DNA from: Gammaproteobacteria bacterium | GTDB taxonomy: Bacteria; Pseudomonadota; Gammaproteobacteria; Eutrophobiales; Eutrophobiaceae | Assembly: GCA_965221695.1 (NCBI GenBank) | Contig: OZ244905.1 | Span: forward strand, 1,664,001-1,728,000 | DNA length: 64,000 bases | Direction of reading: 5' to 3' | Shown here: piece by piece, positions 18,521-28,198 of the stretch | How positions within the stretch are numbered: position 1 is the stretch's first letter | Layout of the letters: every line of letters begins with the position of its first letter | Translations under genes and position numbers: made by a program | The notes under the pieces: model-generated | What the model was told of the DNA's origin: nothing | The model's input: the letters and a program-made list of their open reading frames with translations, nothing else | Databases searched by the model: none

Positions 18521-20284
18521 TTAGTGCCCTTTCTTAATTAGAAATTCGTCCATATTTTTATATTTGGATTTATGCTTTATCATTGGACATCTTTCTACTA
18601 TCCTATCCAATATTTTTCTTAACGTATCATCAGCCCACTCGTATTCATCATCAAACACCATTGTTAGCAGCATAAAACTATCCTCTGGAAACTCATCAGG
18701 TAAATTCGTAGCTTTAAAGCTATTAAGGAAATACCCGAGATCAGAAAACGGACATAAGAACGATTTGAATTCCTCAACTGCATTTGGAAAAGCTTGATCA
18801 GTCTGTATACAAACCATCGCAAATTGTCTTGATATTTTTGCATCGATTGCATTTGCCTCTTTCGGCCATGTATCTCTAATGAATGGTTTTATTCGGTTTG
18901 TCCAATAGGCGTCCCGCTCGTGGGCTTTATTTGGAAAACTACGTGAAAGATAATTTGCGATTTCAACCTGGCCCTCTGTGCCTATGTCACGTAGTATTTG
19001 TTGTTGTTGATTGGTGGCAAATACATTCACGTATTCCATACAAATCACAGCTACCAGATGATACAAGCTAGTTACATTATTACCTAATAATTCGACATGA
19101 TTAAATGTTTCTATAAAACTATCTTTGATATCATCAATCAACTCAAGGGTTATTGTCGGCATCCATAAATAACCTACCCACAAACATCTGGCTTCTTCTG
19201 GTTCCTGCCAGTTAAATTTCGGAATTAATTTTTCCTTTGTCCATTCTGGATCAACGATATAAAAATAATATAGGCGAGAAGCTAGTATTACTCGGGCTAA
19301 AGAAAATGATGTGTCCTGTTTTGTAACCAGTGTATTTAGTATGTTTTCTATAGGTCCGTCGGGTATGCCTGCACCCTTCTTCAACTCCCTACTTCCAATT
19401 CTTGTTAGTAACGATTGCGTAAGCATCCCTAATGGGTGATTAATTGCGTCATTAACTGGCTCATCAATATCTTGTGTTTCTTCACGATCAACCGATTCAA
19501 TAAACTTATTGAAGATCGTCCAGTAATTTTCTTCGCTATCCGAATTTGGGATTATTTTAGGAGAAGATTTACTGACCCACCGAGCCACTGCCCATCCCGC
19601 TTCTGTATAAATACGTATTGGCATATCAACAAGTAGGGGTGCAATCTTGCCCCACGTTGACACTTCCGCATCCGCCAAGCCTACTAGGGCGGCATACCAT
19701 ATTTCGCCGTTCCAAATTGAGTTCTCATGCAAGTAACTAAGTGTCTCAACTGCCATTTCATTACCTTTCTCACCTTCGTTACAGACTACCCGGAATAAAT
19801 CGATTCTTCCTTCATGAAATTTTTGGTTCTCTTCTAGAAGCATGTTTACTCTGTCCATCACCGGCGGTACCATCAAATCATTCTTACTGATGTCGCATTC
19901 GTTTCCTCCCCAAGATTCAGACCAAGATATAAATTCGTCTTTATCATCTTTACTAAGCTTCCATCTTGGATGGATCGCTTCTAGCTCATTTAGCCGTTCA
20001 ATACCTGCATTTGGTAAAGCTTTACCAAAAGTCTGTAATTTAGCTAGATGAAGCCAGATTTGTTTCTCGAAGAAATATTCCCAAGCTGCTGACTCCATAT
20101 CGCTTTTATACATTTCCCGAGGGGGGCCGTTTAGTATCACTTTCATTAAACGATCAGTGTCTATGTCATTGAGTTGTGGCCATATCTTATTTAATAATCG
20201 AAACTTCTCTGTATATGTCTCAAAAGACCACAGCCACCATCCGTTTTCATCAAGAAGGTATTCCAGTGCGTCACTCTTGTTCAA
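18521..20284 (-). CDS. C-terminal half of a Dsr1-type defence-associated sirtuin
   Basis: LLDENGWWLW, GPPREMY, WLHLAKL, AINHPLG, LASRL...VDPEWT, YWTNRIKPF...WPK match the Dsr1 C-terminal half as I recall it; TTG start; AT-rich. Confidence 0.75.
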   Translation of the reverse strand: MNKSDALEYLLDENGWWLWSFETYTEKFRLLNKIWPQLNDIDTDRLMKVILNGPPREMYKSDMESAAWEYFFEKQIWLHLAKLQTFGKALPNAGIERLNELEAIHPRWKLSKDDKDEFISWSESWGGNECDISKNDLMVPPVMDRVNMLLEENQKFHEGRIDLFRVVCNEGEKGNEMAVETLSYLHENSIWNGEIWYAALVGLADAEVSTWGKIAPLLVDMPIRIYTEAGWAVARWVSKSSPKIIPNSDSEENYWTIFNKFIESVDREETQDIDEPVNDAINHPLGMLTQSLLTRIGSRELKKGAGIPDGPIENILNTLVTKQDTSFSLARVILASRLYYFYIVDPEWTKEKLIPKFNWQEPEEARCLWVGYLWMPTITLELIDDIKDSFIETFNHVELLGNNVTSLYHLVAVICMEYVNVFATNQQQQILRDIGTEGQVEIANYLSRSFPNKAHERDAYWTNRIKPFIRDTWPKEANAIDAKISRQFAMVCIQTDQAFPNAVEEFKSFLCPFSDLGYFLNSFKATNLPDEFPEDSFMLLTMVFDDEYEWADDTLRKILDRIVERCPMIKHKSKYKNMDEFLIKKGH

Positions 20285-22259
20285 GATTAGTATCTCTTAA
20301 ATTTTCCGCTCTAGTGGTATAAGCATGTAACACTAAGCGCCGGAATACGGGATAGTCTATTGACTTCCACAGATTCAAAATTATTTCTGCTTGCACCGGA
20401 TCATCTTCAAAGCAGGCATCCCATACATCGCGGCATAACTCAATCAATATTACCCAGTTATTGAAGATATTATTTTGTGAATGTGGAGCGATAGATGCCA
20501 TATCCCAACTACTTCTATCATGTAGCCGGTCTGCATGTCCTAGGTGGTTCCATATTCGCATTGTCGCATTCAGTGCTTGCGTAATATCAGATAGAATTGG
20601 GACTAAGAATTTAGGGTATTTTTCACATTCTTTTAGCTGACTAAAATTCCATTCAGATAACAAAATCACCACATCTGTATCATACAGTCTTGTAGATTCC
20701 TGGTAATCACCTTCGTGATCACTGCCCATAAATTCATCCGGCAATTCGTAATATCTCTTCAATTTAAGTCTTGGCTGCAGCAGCAGAACAAATTCTCGAT
20801 AGATCAACTGATCAGTTTTTTTTCTCAGTGAGCTAATAATATCCTGATGAGTAACATCCTCCGGATTATCACGGAGCAGAAAGTCTGATGTGATCATTCT
20901 CCAAAAAGAGAAATAAGGCTCCGATGGCGGCGGTTCGCGTCTAAATTTATGACGAATAAAATCTAATAGTCTAGGATGCAGAACACCACCCTTGTCTAGG
21001 ACCCATTGAACCAGCAATTTTTGTTCCAAATGCTTACTTAACCATTTCCATAAATTCAACGTAACGTTATTTGGCAGGGTCACATTGAGATTAGTATTAT
21101 AGTCCACAACAGAAGAACATTGAGATGGTTTAGTCGGCAAGCCAAGAAGGCCATATTGATCAAAAACCGGCAACCATTCGATAGGTGGCACAGGTTCCGA
21201 TTCTGAAAATACTTTTGCAGGATATCCTGATGGTTCGGTTCCATCCATATTCTCCTGCTGTTTAATTATTTCGATTATTCCCTTAGTTACATCATCTTCA
21301 TACGGCGGTAATGGTGGGTATTGTGCTTTTGTCCTGATCATGCGTTCAATACCGCGAAGACCAAGACGACGATGTTCAGCCCATTTTATTAACGTATCGT
21401 GTAGATACTCATGATCATTATCATTTTCAGACTGATATAGAATTGGAATGACACCTTTAGCTTCCCAAGCTGCACGTGTAGACTGCGAAGTGACATCATC
21501 CGTATCAGCTAACACGTATGACAAATTGGCTTGTTTGTATCCGCTACGTTGATCTGCCGCAATAGCATCCGTTATATATCGAATGACAAGGTCTTCTATG
21601 CTATAGCCAACAAATATAACAGTAAAATGGCGGAAGATTTCACTTACGAAACGGCTTGCCCAACGTTCAGTAAGATAGGCAGCTCCATAATCCCCACTCG
21701 TTATAACTAAGTTTTTGCCATTGGGATCATTTTCCTCATCAATAATGCCGTGAATATGAACCAGACTATTCCATTTATGTGGCTTCGGCACTGGTAGCTT
21801 TGGTGCTGCGTCTAACTCTAACGATAGGTTTAACTTATCTTTTGCTAAAATAAAACCTTTATCAAAATTCGTCGTGACCAGTCTGATCCCACCATCTTTG
21901 GTCTTTGCCAACTCCAAGAGCGCTTTGTGGGTGTTAACATTCGATGAGCCATCCAATTGTAGGCATTCAATAATTTTTTTTCGTACCAGATAGTTATCCG
22001 TTCTATCTGGCTTTTGGTATCTGCGTTCTAATAGATCAAGAGCTCTATCGTATAATTTTTTATCAATTGCTTCCTTTTCTAAAGAATTTTGATCATCTCC
22101 TAACCTTTGATATGTATCTTCGACTAGTTTCTCAAATCCAGGCAATCCTGCCGGATAAGATACGCCAGCGCCACAAAAAAAGATTAACCTGTCATTTTCT
22201 TGGGCATTTAGCACTTCCAATGGGATATCAGGGGCACCGTTTGCGGAAATAAATCTCAT
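20271..22259 (-). CDS. SIR2-domain protein, N-terminal half of Dsr1-type anti-phage protein
   Basis: FFCGAGVSYPAGLPGF, LVTTNFD, HIHG, TSGDYGAAYLTERWASRFVSEIF, FVGYSIED, WEAKGVIPILY, HDRSSWDMASIAPHSQN. Confidence 0.85.
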   Translation of the reverse strand: MRFISANGAPDIPLEVLNAQENDRLIFFCGAGVSYPAGLPGFEKLVEDTYQRLGDDQNSLEKEAIDKKLYDRALDLLERRYQKPDRTDNYLVRKKIIECLQLDGSSNVNTHKALLELAKTKDGGIRLVTTNFDKGFILAKDKLNLSLELDAAPKLPVPKPHKWNSLVHIHGIIDEENDPNGKNLVITSGDYGAAYLTERWASRFVSEIFRHFTVIFVGYSIEDLVIRYITDAIAADQRSGYKQANLSYVLADTDDVTSQSTRAAWEAKGVIPILYQSENDNDHEYLHDTLIKWAEHRRLGLRGIERMIRTKAQYPPLPPYEDDVTKGIIEIIKQQENMDGTEPSGYPAKVFSESEPVPPIEWLPVFDQYGLLGLPTKPSQCSSVVDYNTNLNVTLPNNVTLNLWKWLSKHLEQKLLVQWVLDKGGVLHPRLLDFIRHKFRREPPPSEPYFSFWRMITSDFLLRDNPEDVTHQDIISSLRKKTDQLIYREFVLLLQPRLKLKRYYELPDEFMGSDHEGDYQESTRLYDTDVVILLSEWNFSQLKECEKYPKFLVPILSDITQALNATMRIWNHLGHADRLHDRSSWDMASIAPHSQNNIFNNWVILIELCRDVWDACFEDDPVQAEIILNLWKSIDYPVFRRLVLHAYTTRAENLRDTNLEQE

Positions 22260-22370
22260 CTAATTTTTCCAGCCGAAATATCCCAACAAAGAAATGAACA
22301 AGGTCTCTATTACACGGGTAATGTGAGCGGTTAACTGCTAACTACACGTTGACACCATTGAGCGACTTAG

Positions 22371-22718
22371 TCAATTACCCTTCGCGCATTTTTGCCAAGC
22401 AGCTAACATATACTTTTCCAACCAATCAGTTAGCATCTCGGTCTCAACAATGGCGCGATAGGGCGTATCACGGGGGGTATGTCCAATTTCTTTTCCTAGC
22501 GTCATGGATGCGCGTGAAAAGTCGCCGTGCATCTTTATTTTGCTTACAACCAGCATCATCAAATTCCTTATCTTGTTGCTGCCGGATGCTGTAAGCTCAT
22601 ATCTTATTATTGCCCACGCCGATTCATCACGGATAAAATCAATGAAATCATACCCAGCCTCGGTGGAACGATAGCATTGTTCGTTTACGGAATATAAGCT
22701 CCTCTTATTCCACGGCAT
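22371..22718 (-). pseudogene. Hypothetical protein, possibly a DUF2513-like remnant
   Basis: RSTEAGYDFIDFIRDESAW resembles the DUF2513 motif RLTwxGhdFLDaIRDxxvW; a short out-of-frame MKR start lies at 22740. Confidence 0.3.
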
Positions 22719-22904
22719 CTGTGCGCAACTGTCGTTTCATTGAAAGTGCTCTTTTTTCTGGAAATATGACCTGTTTAGAAATCCACTCAATTATACCCAG
22801 TAGTACCCAGTTGTTCTTCGTTCATTTCAAGTTGTCCTTAAGTATTCTGTTCACTCCATATACCTGATAGATTTTGCCTTGACAGTGCCGTCTACTTCCC
22901 TTGT

Positions 22905-23078
22905 TATCGAATATTATTTACTCTGAGTGTTATTTCATGTGAGTATGAATATCATCACTCCAATAAAATGCAAACAACGAATATATTCCCTCTATTATCA
23001 TGAACAAAATGATAAAAAAATGGCTTAGAGGAACAACATGACCGTTGATTAGTGGCCTGATATGTCTTCGGGGATGAA
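22905..23078 (+). repeat. Defence-island module, copy 1 (degenerate)
   Basis: TATCGAATAT...ATTTCATGTGAGTATGAATATCAT...CAAACAAC...TGGCTTAGAGGA; small ORF MNKMIKKWLRGTT* is frameshifted. Confidence 0.85.
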
Positions 23079-23085
23079 AATCGTC

Positions 23086-23230
23086 GATAATAAGTACAGA
23101 GAGGCAAGGAGTGGACAAATTTGTGCGTTGATTATCGACTCAATGGCGATTATTTTCTGAGCAGTTACATCCGTATTTGGTGCGCCATGGGTTGGCGCAC
23201 TAATTGGGGAAGCTGTATGATTGGGCTTGA
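23086..23230 (+). pseudogene. Remnant of DUF2335-like two-TM membrane protein C-terminus
   Basis: Translates DNKYREARSGQICALIIDSMAIIF*AVTSVFGAPWVGALIGEAV*LGL, an RxGQ motif plus two hydrophobic helices with in-frame stops. Confidence 0.5.
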
Positions 23231-23282
23231 ACAGTCGTGGGGAGATGTTCTATGAGGGTTTCTCCGAGATTCTGGCAATAAT

Positions 23283-23699
23283 TCAAGGCGTGACCAACTG
23301 TACAGATGGAAAATATGTCTTGATTCTGGATGAGTCCGCGCTGGCGAGTGTCCAGCCCATCACCTGGGCATGCGCGCCGATAAAGAAGTCCGGCAAGGGG
23401 ATGCGCGGAGAGTCTTTTCCTGATTCTTTCCATCTCCGTTGTCGATATTGCATGTATGCTACCGCACAGACTTCTGCTGCCGCAGCCGGTACGTCAAGGA
23501 CTTCAACACCCCAACTGCGAATGCGGTCCGCTACCGTTGCCGGAAATTCGTCACCAACGCAGATCTCAGCCAGGCAAATGGCATTGATAGCTGCGCCGTC
23601 CTCGGATACTGCATCGGCTATAATGCCTTGCGCCCAGTCCTGGAATCGCGAGCCATCTTCCGACGAGTAGATCAAAACATTGGTATCCAGGAAAATCAC
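23283..23699 (-). CDS. vapC: VapC/PIN-domain toxin
   Basis: FLDTNVL, conserved E (LAEI), PDFFIGAHA and terminal SAD acidic residues. Confidence 0.9.
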   Translation of the reverse strand: MIFLDTNVLIYSSEDGSRFQDWAQGIIADAVSEDGAAINAICLAEICVGDEFPATVADRIRSWGVEVLDVPAAAAEVCAVAYMQYRQRRWKESGKDSPRIPLPDFFIGAHAQVMGWTLASADSSRIKTYFPSVQLVTP

Positions 23700-23950
23700 G
23701 GCTCACGGGTGCTCTGCCGCAGTTGTTCCCAGGACAGCGCCAAACGCAGAGGAGACTGGCGCATCGCTTTGATACAGGCTGAATGGCTCTTACTGGACAC
23801 CGCTTTCGGATACTGCAAACGAACCAGCAAGTATTCTTCATCCGTCTGCCGCCGAACATCAAAGACATCCCCCGGCTCGGCGCCGGGAAGAATAACTCGT
23901 TTCTTGGCATCTGCTCGTGTAATGCTCATAGGTGGGATTATCCCACTCAT
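23696..23950 (-). CDS. AbrB/MazE-like antitoxin (VapB)
   Basis: DAKKRVILP..EPGDVFDV swapped-hairpin pattern; 4-nt GTGA overlap with the PIN gene. Confidence 0.7.
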   Translation of the reverse strand: MSGIIPPMSITRADAKKRVILPGAEPGDVFDVRRQTDEEYLLVRLQYPKAVSSKSHSACIKAMRQSPLRLALSWEQLRQSTREP

Positions 23951-23984
23951 TAATCATCTCTTCAAGCAAAATGTCTGAAGCTGT

Positions 23985-24180
23985 TATCGAATATCGTTTA
24001 ATCTTTGCGTCATTTCATGAGAATATGAATATCATTACTCCAAGAATATGCAAACAACCTAAATGTTCCCGTCATCAAGTGGAATAAAGATAAAACTCTG
24101 GCTTAGAGGAGCAGCCACAACAGTTGATTTGTGACCTGATACATCGTATGGGATGAAAGGAATTTCTAAATCGTTCAGAT
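23985..24180 (+). repeat. Defence-island module, copy 2 (degenerate)
   Basis: Same leader; encodes ...KIKLWLRGAATTVDL*PDTSYGMK with the start lost and a Trp-to-stop change; also shares AATCGTTCAGAT with copy 3. Confidence 0.85.
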
Positions 24181-24500
24181 GACTTGATGCGATGAAAGCA
24201 CTCGCCTACGAGGGTTCGGGGTGGGTGCGGCAAGCAAACCCCCCAAGCTCAATCACCGTAACCAGCATCGTCGGGTCGAATTATTGGGAAAACGTAGCGG
24301 CGAACATTGGATCGGAAAGCCTTTCATTCATGCTGCAGCTTGATGAAGGGGCAGTACGCCTACAAACATATGCCGGAGCGGGACAGACGACAGCCAGACG
24401 TGTGGCATGAGGCTTCTTTTTATGCTGCGATACGCCAGTGCATCGAGCCGCATATAAAGGGCTGAGATCACCTGTGCCAGGCACTATCGAAGAACAGCTA

Positions 24501-24566
24501 TAACTACTTGATATATATGCAATAAATATGCTGCCAGATTATCCATTTGCCCCCATGTTGCCCCCA
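24501..24566. promoter_or_regulatory. IHF-consensus site plus TGCCCCCA direct repeats (att-arm-like)
   Basis: TAACTACTTGATA is the reverse complement of WATCAANNNNTTR; TGCCCCCA occurs at 24548 and 24559. Confidence 0.4.
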
Positions 24567-24679
24567 ACTGCAAATTCGCCTTGTTAGGAGTGTAGCCTCT
24601 AACCAAGTACAGTTCATCCGAAGCAGAATTCTGGACTCAGTGATGTTTTATTGCTCAAACGCTATGACTGCTGCGTATT

Positions 24680-25032
24680 CCGGTAAAATTGGGCAGTCGT
24701 TCTTGGGCAAGCTGGACAGTTGATCCGGTGTAAAGCGGGCGGTCGTCGGAGCACAGTGACGCGGAGGTGTCATTATGATCCCAAGTGTCCAGTTTAATTG
24801 GTCAAGCCTGTGTGACGTTTTAGCATGGATTCCCTGGCCAGATGCATCTTATAGGCGTTAGGGACGACGCGATCCAAGATGGCATCGGCCAGGGTCGGAT
24901 TATCAATGAGTTCATACCGGTGATTGACTGGGAACCAGTGTGGTGTGCACCGTAGCGATCGTCCAACAGTTCGAGTAAGTCACGCCGGTGTTTGTCCTCG
25001 AACCGGGTGTCGTCAAAGTCGTCAAGTACCAA
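24680..25032 (-). mobile_element. istB: IS21-family remnant (frameshifted istB 3' end and terminal region)
   Basis: LVLDDF...RRDLLELLDDRYG then, in another frame, DNPTLADAILDRVVPNAYKMHLARESM. Confidence 0.8.
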
Positions 25033-25990
25033 CCCCAAATGTCAGGATCGTTTCCTTTTCTGCTTCTGGCACAGGAGAGATAGTCGATAAATCAACGTCA
25101 AATCGGACATTCTTAATCGGGTCATCGGTGCAAATTTTTGGAGCCGGGATATCCGAAGCCCGAAAGATGTCAAGTCCATCTTCTTCCGGATAAGTCTGAA
25201 GCGTCAGATCACTGTCATATAGATCTCGCCCACCTTTTTCTAGGCATTGTGTCAAGAAGGTGCTTCGAAGATTCCGATCATCGATCCGTGCGGCCAAGGA
25301 GTCCATGAGGACACCGACTGTTTGTCCGCTTTGTACTTCTACAGCGCATAGAGACACGATGAAGACGTTATAGGTACGCGAAGGTCTGAGTTGTTCTAAT
25401 GAGAAGCGATGCAGTGGCCACGATTTTGTAGTGGTCTTCACATCCAGGACGAATGTGTCGGAGACGAAATCGTACTTTGCGGTGTTTCGCGAACTCCAGC
25501 ACCGCACAGCAGCATTGATATCGGATACGCAGCTAATCACATGGAGTTCACCCCACAAACCAATCAAATCACGTGTGTTGTCTGCGATTCGGCTGAATAG
25601 CGCGGCTACTTGTTGAATACTTACTGCGATCTCTGAATTGTTCGCGGGCGGATTTAGTGTGCAAAACCGTTCTTCGAGGATTTTGAGAAACAATCGGACA
25701 ATGGCCGGGTCGTTCTCTTTCAGTCGGACAATCGAATAACACCCTTGATGTGATTCGCGCTCTTTAGTGTCGATAATACATGCGCGGGAGAAAAGTACTT
25801 CAACTGCGCGCAGTGAGATGTCGGGCCGCAGATCGTCTGTGCGTGCGGGCAGTAAAAGTGCAGGATGGGCTTGCGAGTTGATAGCGAGCCAATAGGGGTA
25901 GTCTATTGTAAGGGGTAATCCGAAGTGGGCCGAGCCAGAGTCGTCTTTCGGAATCTCCTGACAGAGTTTTGGGTACAGGATGGTCAACAT
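25022..25990 (-). CDS. PD-(D/E)XK motif protein (DUF4420 / MzaD-like)
   Basis: IGLWGELHVI...W...YDF...LDVKTT...HRFSLEQL. Confidence 0.85.
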   Translation of the reverse strand: MLTILYPKLCQEIPKDDSGSAHFGLPLTIDYPYWLAINSQAHPALLLPARTDDLRPDISLRAVEVLFSRACIIDTKERESHQGCYSIVRLKENDPAIVRLFLKILEERFCTLNPPANNSEIAVSIQQVAALFSRIADNTRDLIGLWGELHVISCVSDINAAVRCWSSRNTAKYDFVSDTFVLDVKTTTKSWPLHRFSLEQLRPSRTYNVFIVSLCAVEVQSGQTVGVLMDSLAARIDDRNLRSTFLTQCLEKGGRDLYDSDLTLQTYPEEDGLDIFRASDIPAPKICTDDPIKNVRFDVDLSTISPVPEAEKETILTFGVGT

Positions 25991-25996
25991 GAACTG

Positions 25997-28198
25997 TCAC
26001 TGCTCGACCCAGACACGTTCAATTAATGAGTCAGGGATATGAACGGCCAAGATGGGCACATCGCGGAGCATACGTCTCTTATCAGCAGTCTGGATGTCAT
26101 AGCGATGTAGTTGGAATGTCACGGTCTCGGCGGAGATAAGATCTCGCGCACCGGGATAGTTGGTGCGTTGATTAGATCCTTGCCAAAGTTGCTTAATCTT
26201 TGGCGGTTTCTTTTTTGTCAACGTTCGTTTGTATTCTACGCCCGACCACGGACCGGCTAGCGCGTAGAAACTGCATGTCATGTTTGGTTCTTTGGAAACC
26301 ATAGTTTCCAGACAGAGCATTAGTGCGTTGTGCCGAAGATTGTCGTCAAGCAAGCGATAGCGGAACTGGCCGATCCAGGGTATGATCTCGGAGAGCAAGA
26401 GCGTGTTGCTGAAGGCAGGCACGACCTGCTTGTCGTTCCATCCGTCTTCACGGTAAGCCGCAAAATTAAATACCCCCAGAATGTCTTTAACAATCTCGCG
26501 GTTTTCTGATACGGTTTCACTGTCTTCAAAGGGGTGATCCGGGACAATCCACCCGCCTCGCCCCTTGGATTGGTACATATTTAGCAATATGACTGAAGAA
26601 CGGGTTGGCTTTAGCGTTTGATCTAGAAAATATGTACGACGCCATTCCTTGAGGGTCTGGCCATTCTCCAGATGTCTTCGGATTGAACTTCGAACTGATT
26701 CCTCATGCCTTACATAGTCAGTGAAAGCATTGATATTCGTGTTAGTGAGATAAATGCGGCATAGCCCGAGATATTGCTTCTTGTAGCCAAAAAAGCGCGC
26801 GCGCTGCTGGATGTTGTCAGCATTTCCGACCCCTGTTGAGCGCGGCATATAGCTGACCGTCAGTCCCTCAACTGTGAAACCACGATCTAGTCCAATCCCG
26901 CCGATCAGTATCCAGCTATATTCACCAGCCCAATCGACGGAGGTGATCCGACTCTTTTCACGCGTATTGAGTTCTGCAACTGCAGTTTCTTCCATTGCTT
27001 CAAACAAGATGGGTGCAATCTGATCGATAGTGATGGGCGTGTCATAGGTTGCGAATATCCCTTCTGCTGAATTGTAAAATTCGTTAAGGACTGCCTCATG
27101 CCTCGGGTGTGTGCCATCCTTCAAGATGGCTGACCAATCATCTTTGATCTGCTGAGTCCATCGCTTGAACATTAAATGTTCATCCTTCGCGACGGCAGGA
27201 TGGATCATCATGGAACGGTTCCGGCCTTTTTGAAATTCCTCTTCGAGCAAGCCGATCGCCACTCCGATAAAAAAATCTTGTAGGGCAGCGCGCAGACTTT
27301 CTGGCGGTTCCTGTCGCGGTTCGTTCTTGTCGGGCACCTCGCTCAAGGGGATCAACTTAACGTGTCTGTCTAATCCGTCGACAAAGAACTCCTCTCCGCC
27401 GACATAGTGAGCGCCGGGTGTTAGCACCCGTCCAAAATCCGGTGAGAGAGAATCAATACGACTTATGAGAAGCGGTGCCTGCGGAGTCGCTGTGTAGAGT
27501 ATGTAACTGTGAGTTGGGAACAGGTCGCGGAGCTCTCTGATCCGTGCATAAGTTGTGCTTTCTTCCTTCTGTTTGGCTTTAGTGTTCATCCCTGCTTGAT
27601 CACCTTCGTCGTCGATGATAAGCGTTGGCACATCAGAGAAATCGGAATTTGCAAGGAGTCTAGCGAGATTTCTAAGATGCTGATGTTGCTTCATCGATAC
27701 GATCATAATCGTCCGAGCACGTGTGCTCTTGCGCCGCCAGCGTTCGAGTTCCATGTCCACACGTTTAACTTCGTCCTGCTGGAACGCTTTCTGTTGTGTG
27801 GTGAAAAGGTTCCATTCGCGAGTTGTCACTATATCAAGGTCGCCCTTCAGACGGACAAAACTCTGTTCTACTAGATTGTTTGTGGTACCGGCAAGGAGGA
27901 TGACAAGCCGAAAGCGATTATCACGCGCCAGCGCAGCAAGGCTAGTAAATGATAGGGTTTTGCCGCTCTGCACATAACCGATCACCAACCCCGTGTTCTC
28001 GGCGATTGTAGATTCGGGTTGGATGCATTCGCTCATGATCGACACGGTTTCTCGGACGAGGCGTTCTTTTTCATCTTGCGATAATGAAGTACTGGCATTC
28101 AATAGGTCTGTAAATACTTTGCCTTGGACCGGCGACCAAGTGCCATTAGCTTTCTGGTTGCTTGATTCGACCGTAATCGTCGTGGGTTCGTTAGCCAT
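25997..28198 (-). CDS. Z1-domain protein with SF2 helicase-like N-terminus (MzaC-like)
   Basis: GYVQSGKT, IIDDEGD, YTATPQA, SMMIHP, IGGIGLDRGFTVEGLTVSY, QRARFFGY. Confidence 0.9.
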   Translation of the reverse strand: MANEPTTITVESSNQKANGTWSPVQGKVFTDLLNASTSLSQDEKERLVRETVSIMSECIQPESTIAENTGLVIGYVQSGKTLSFTSLAALARDNRFRLVILLAGTTNNLVEQSFVRLKGDLDIVTTREWNLFTTQQKAFQQDEVKRVDMELERWRRKSTRARTIMIVSMKQHQHLRNLARLLANSDFSDVPTLIIDDEGDQAGMNTKAKQKEESTTYARIRELRDLFPTHSYILYTATPQAPLLISRIDSLSPDFGRVLTPGAHYVGGEEFFVDGLDRHVKLIPLSEVPDKNEPRQEPPESLRAALQDFFIGVAIGLLEEEFQKGRNRSMMIHPAVAKDEHLMFKRWTQQIKDDWSAILKDGTHPRHEAVLNEFYNSAEGIFATYDTPITIDQIAPILFEAMEETAVAELNTREKSRITSVDWAGEYSWILIGGIGLDRGFTVEGLTVSYMPRSTGVGNADNIQQRARFFGYKKQYLGLCRIYLTNTNINAFTDYVRHEESVRSSIRRHLENGQTLKEWRRTYFLDQTLKPTRSSVILLNMYQSKGRGGWIVPDHPFEDSETVSENREIVKDILGVFNFAAYREDGWNDKQVVPAFSNTLLLSEIIPWIGQFRYRLLDDNLRHNALMLCLETMVSKEPNMTCSFYALAGPWSGVEYKRTLTKKKPPKIKQLWQGSNQRTNYPGARDLISAETVTFQLHRYDIQTADKRRMLRDVPILAVHIPDSLIERVWVEQ

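Noticed and set aside
24205-24245. CGAGGGTTCG as a tRNA 3' fragment
   Set aside because: No T-loop continuation (RAATCCC) or acceptor stem follows.
24192-24484. Short ORFs 24192..24410 and 24281..24484
   Set aside because: No motifs or clear RBS; lie in a decayed region.
24580-24660. Possible integron attC (GTTAGG...CTCTAAC)
   Set aside because: No properly ordered RYYYAAC...GTTRRRY pair with a complementary stem, and no integron integrase.
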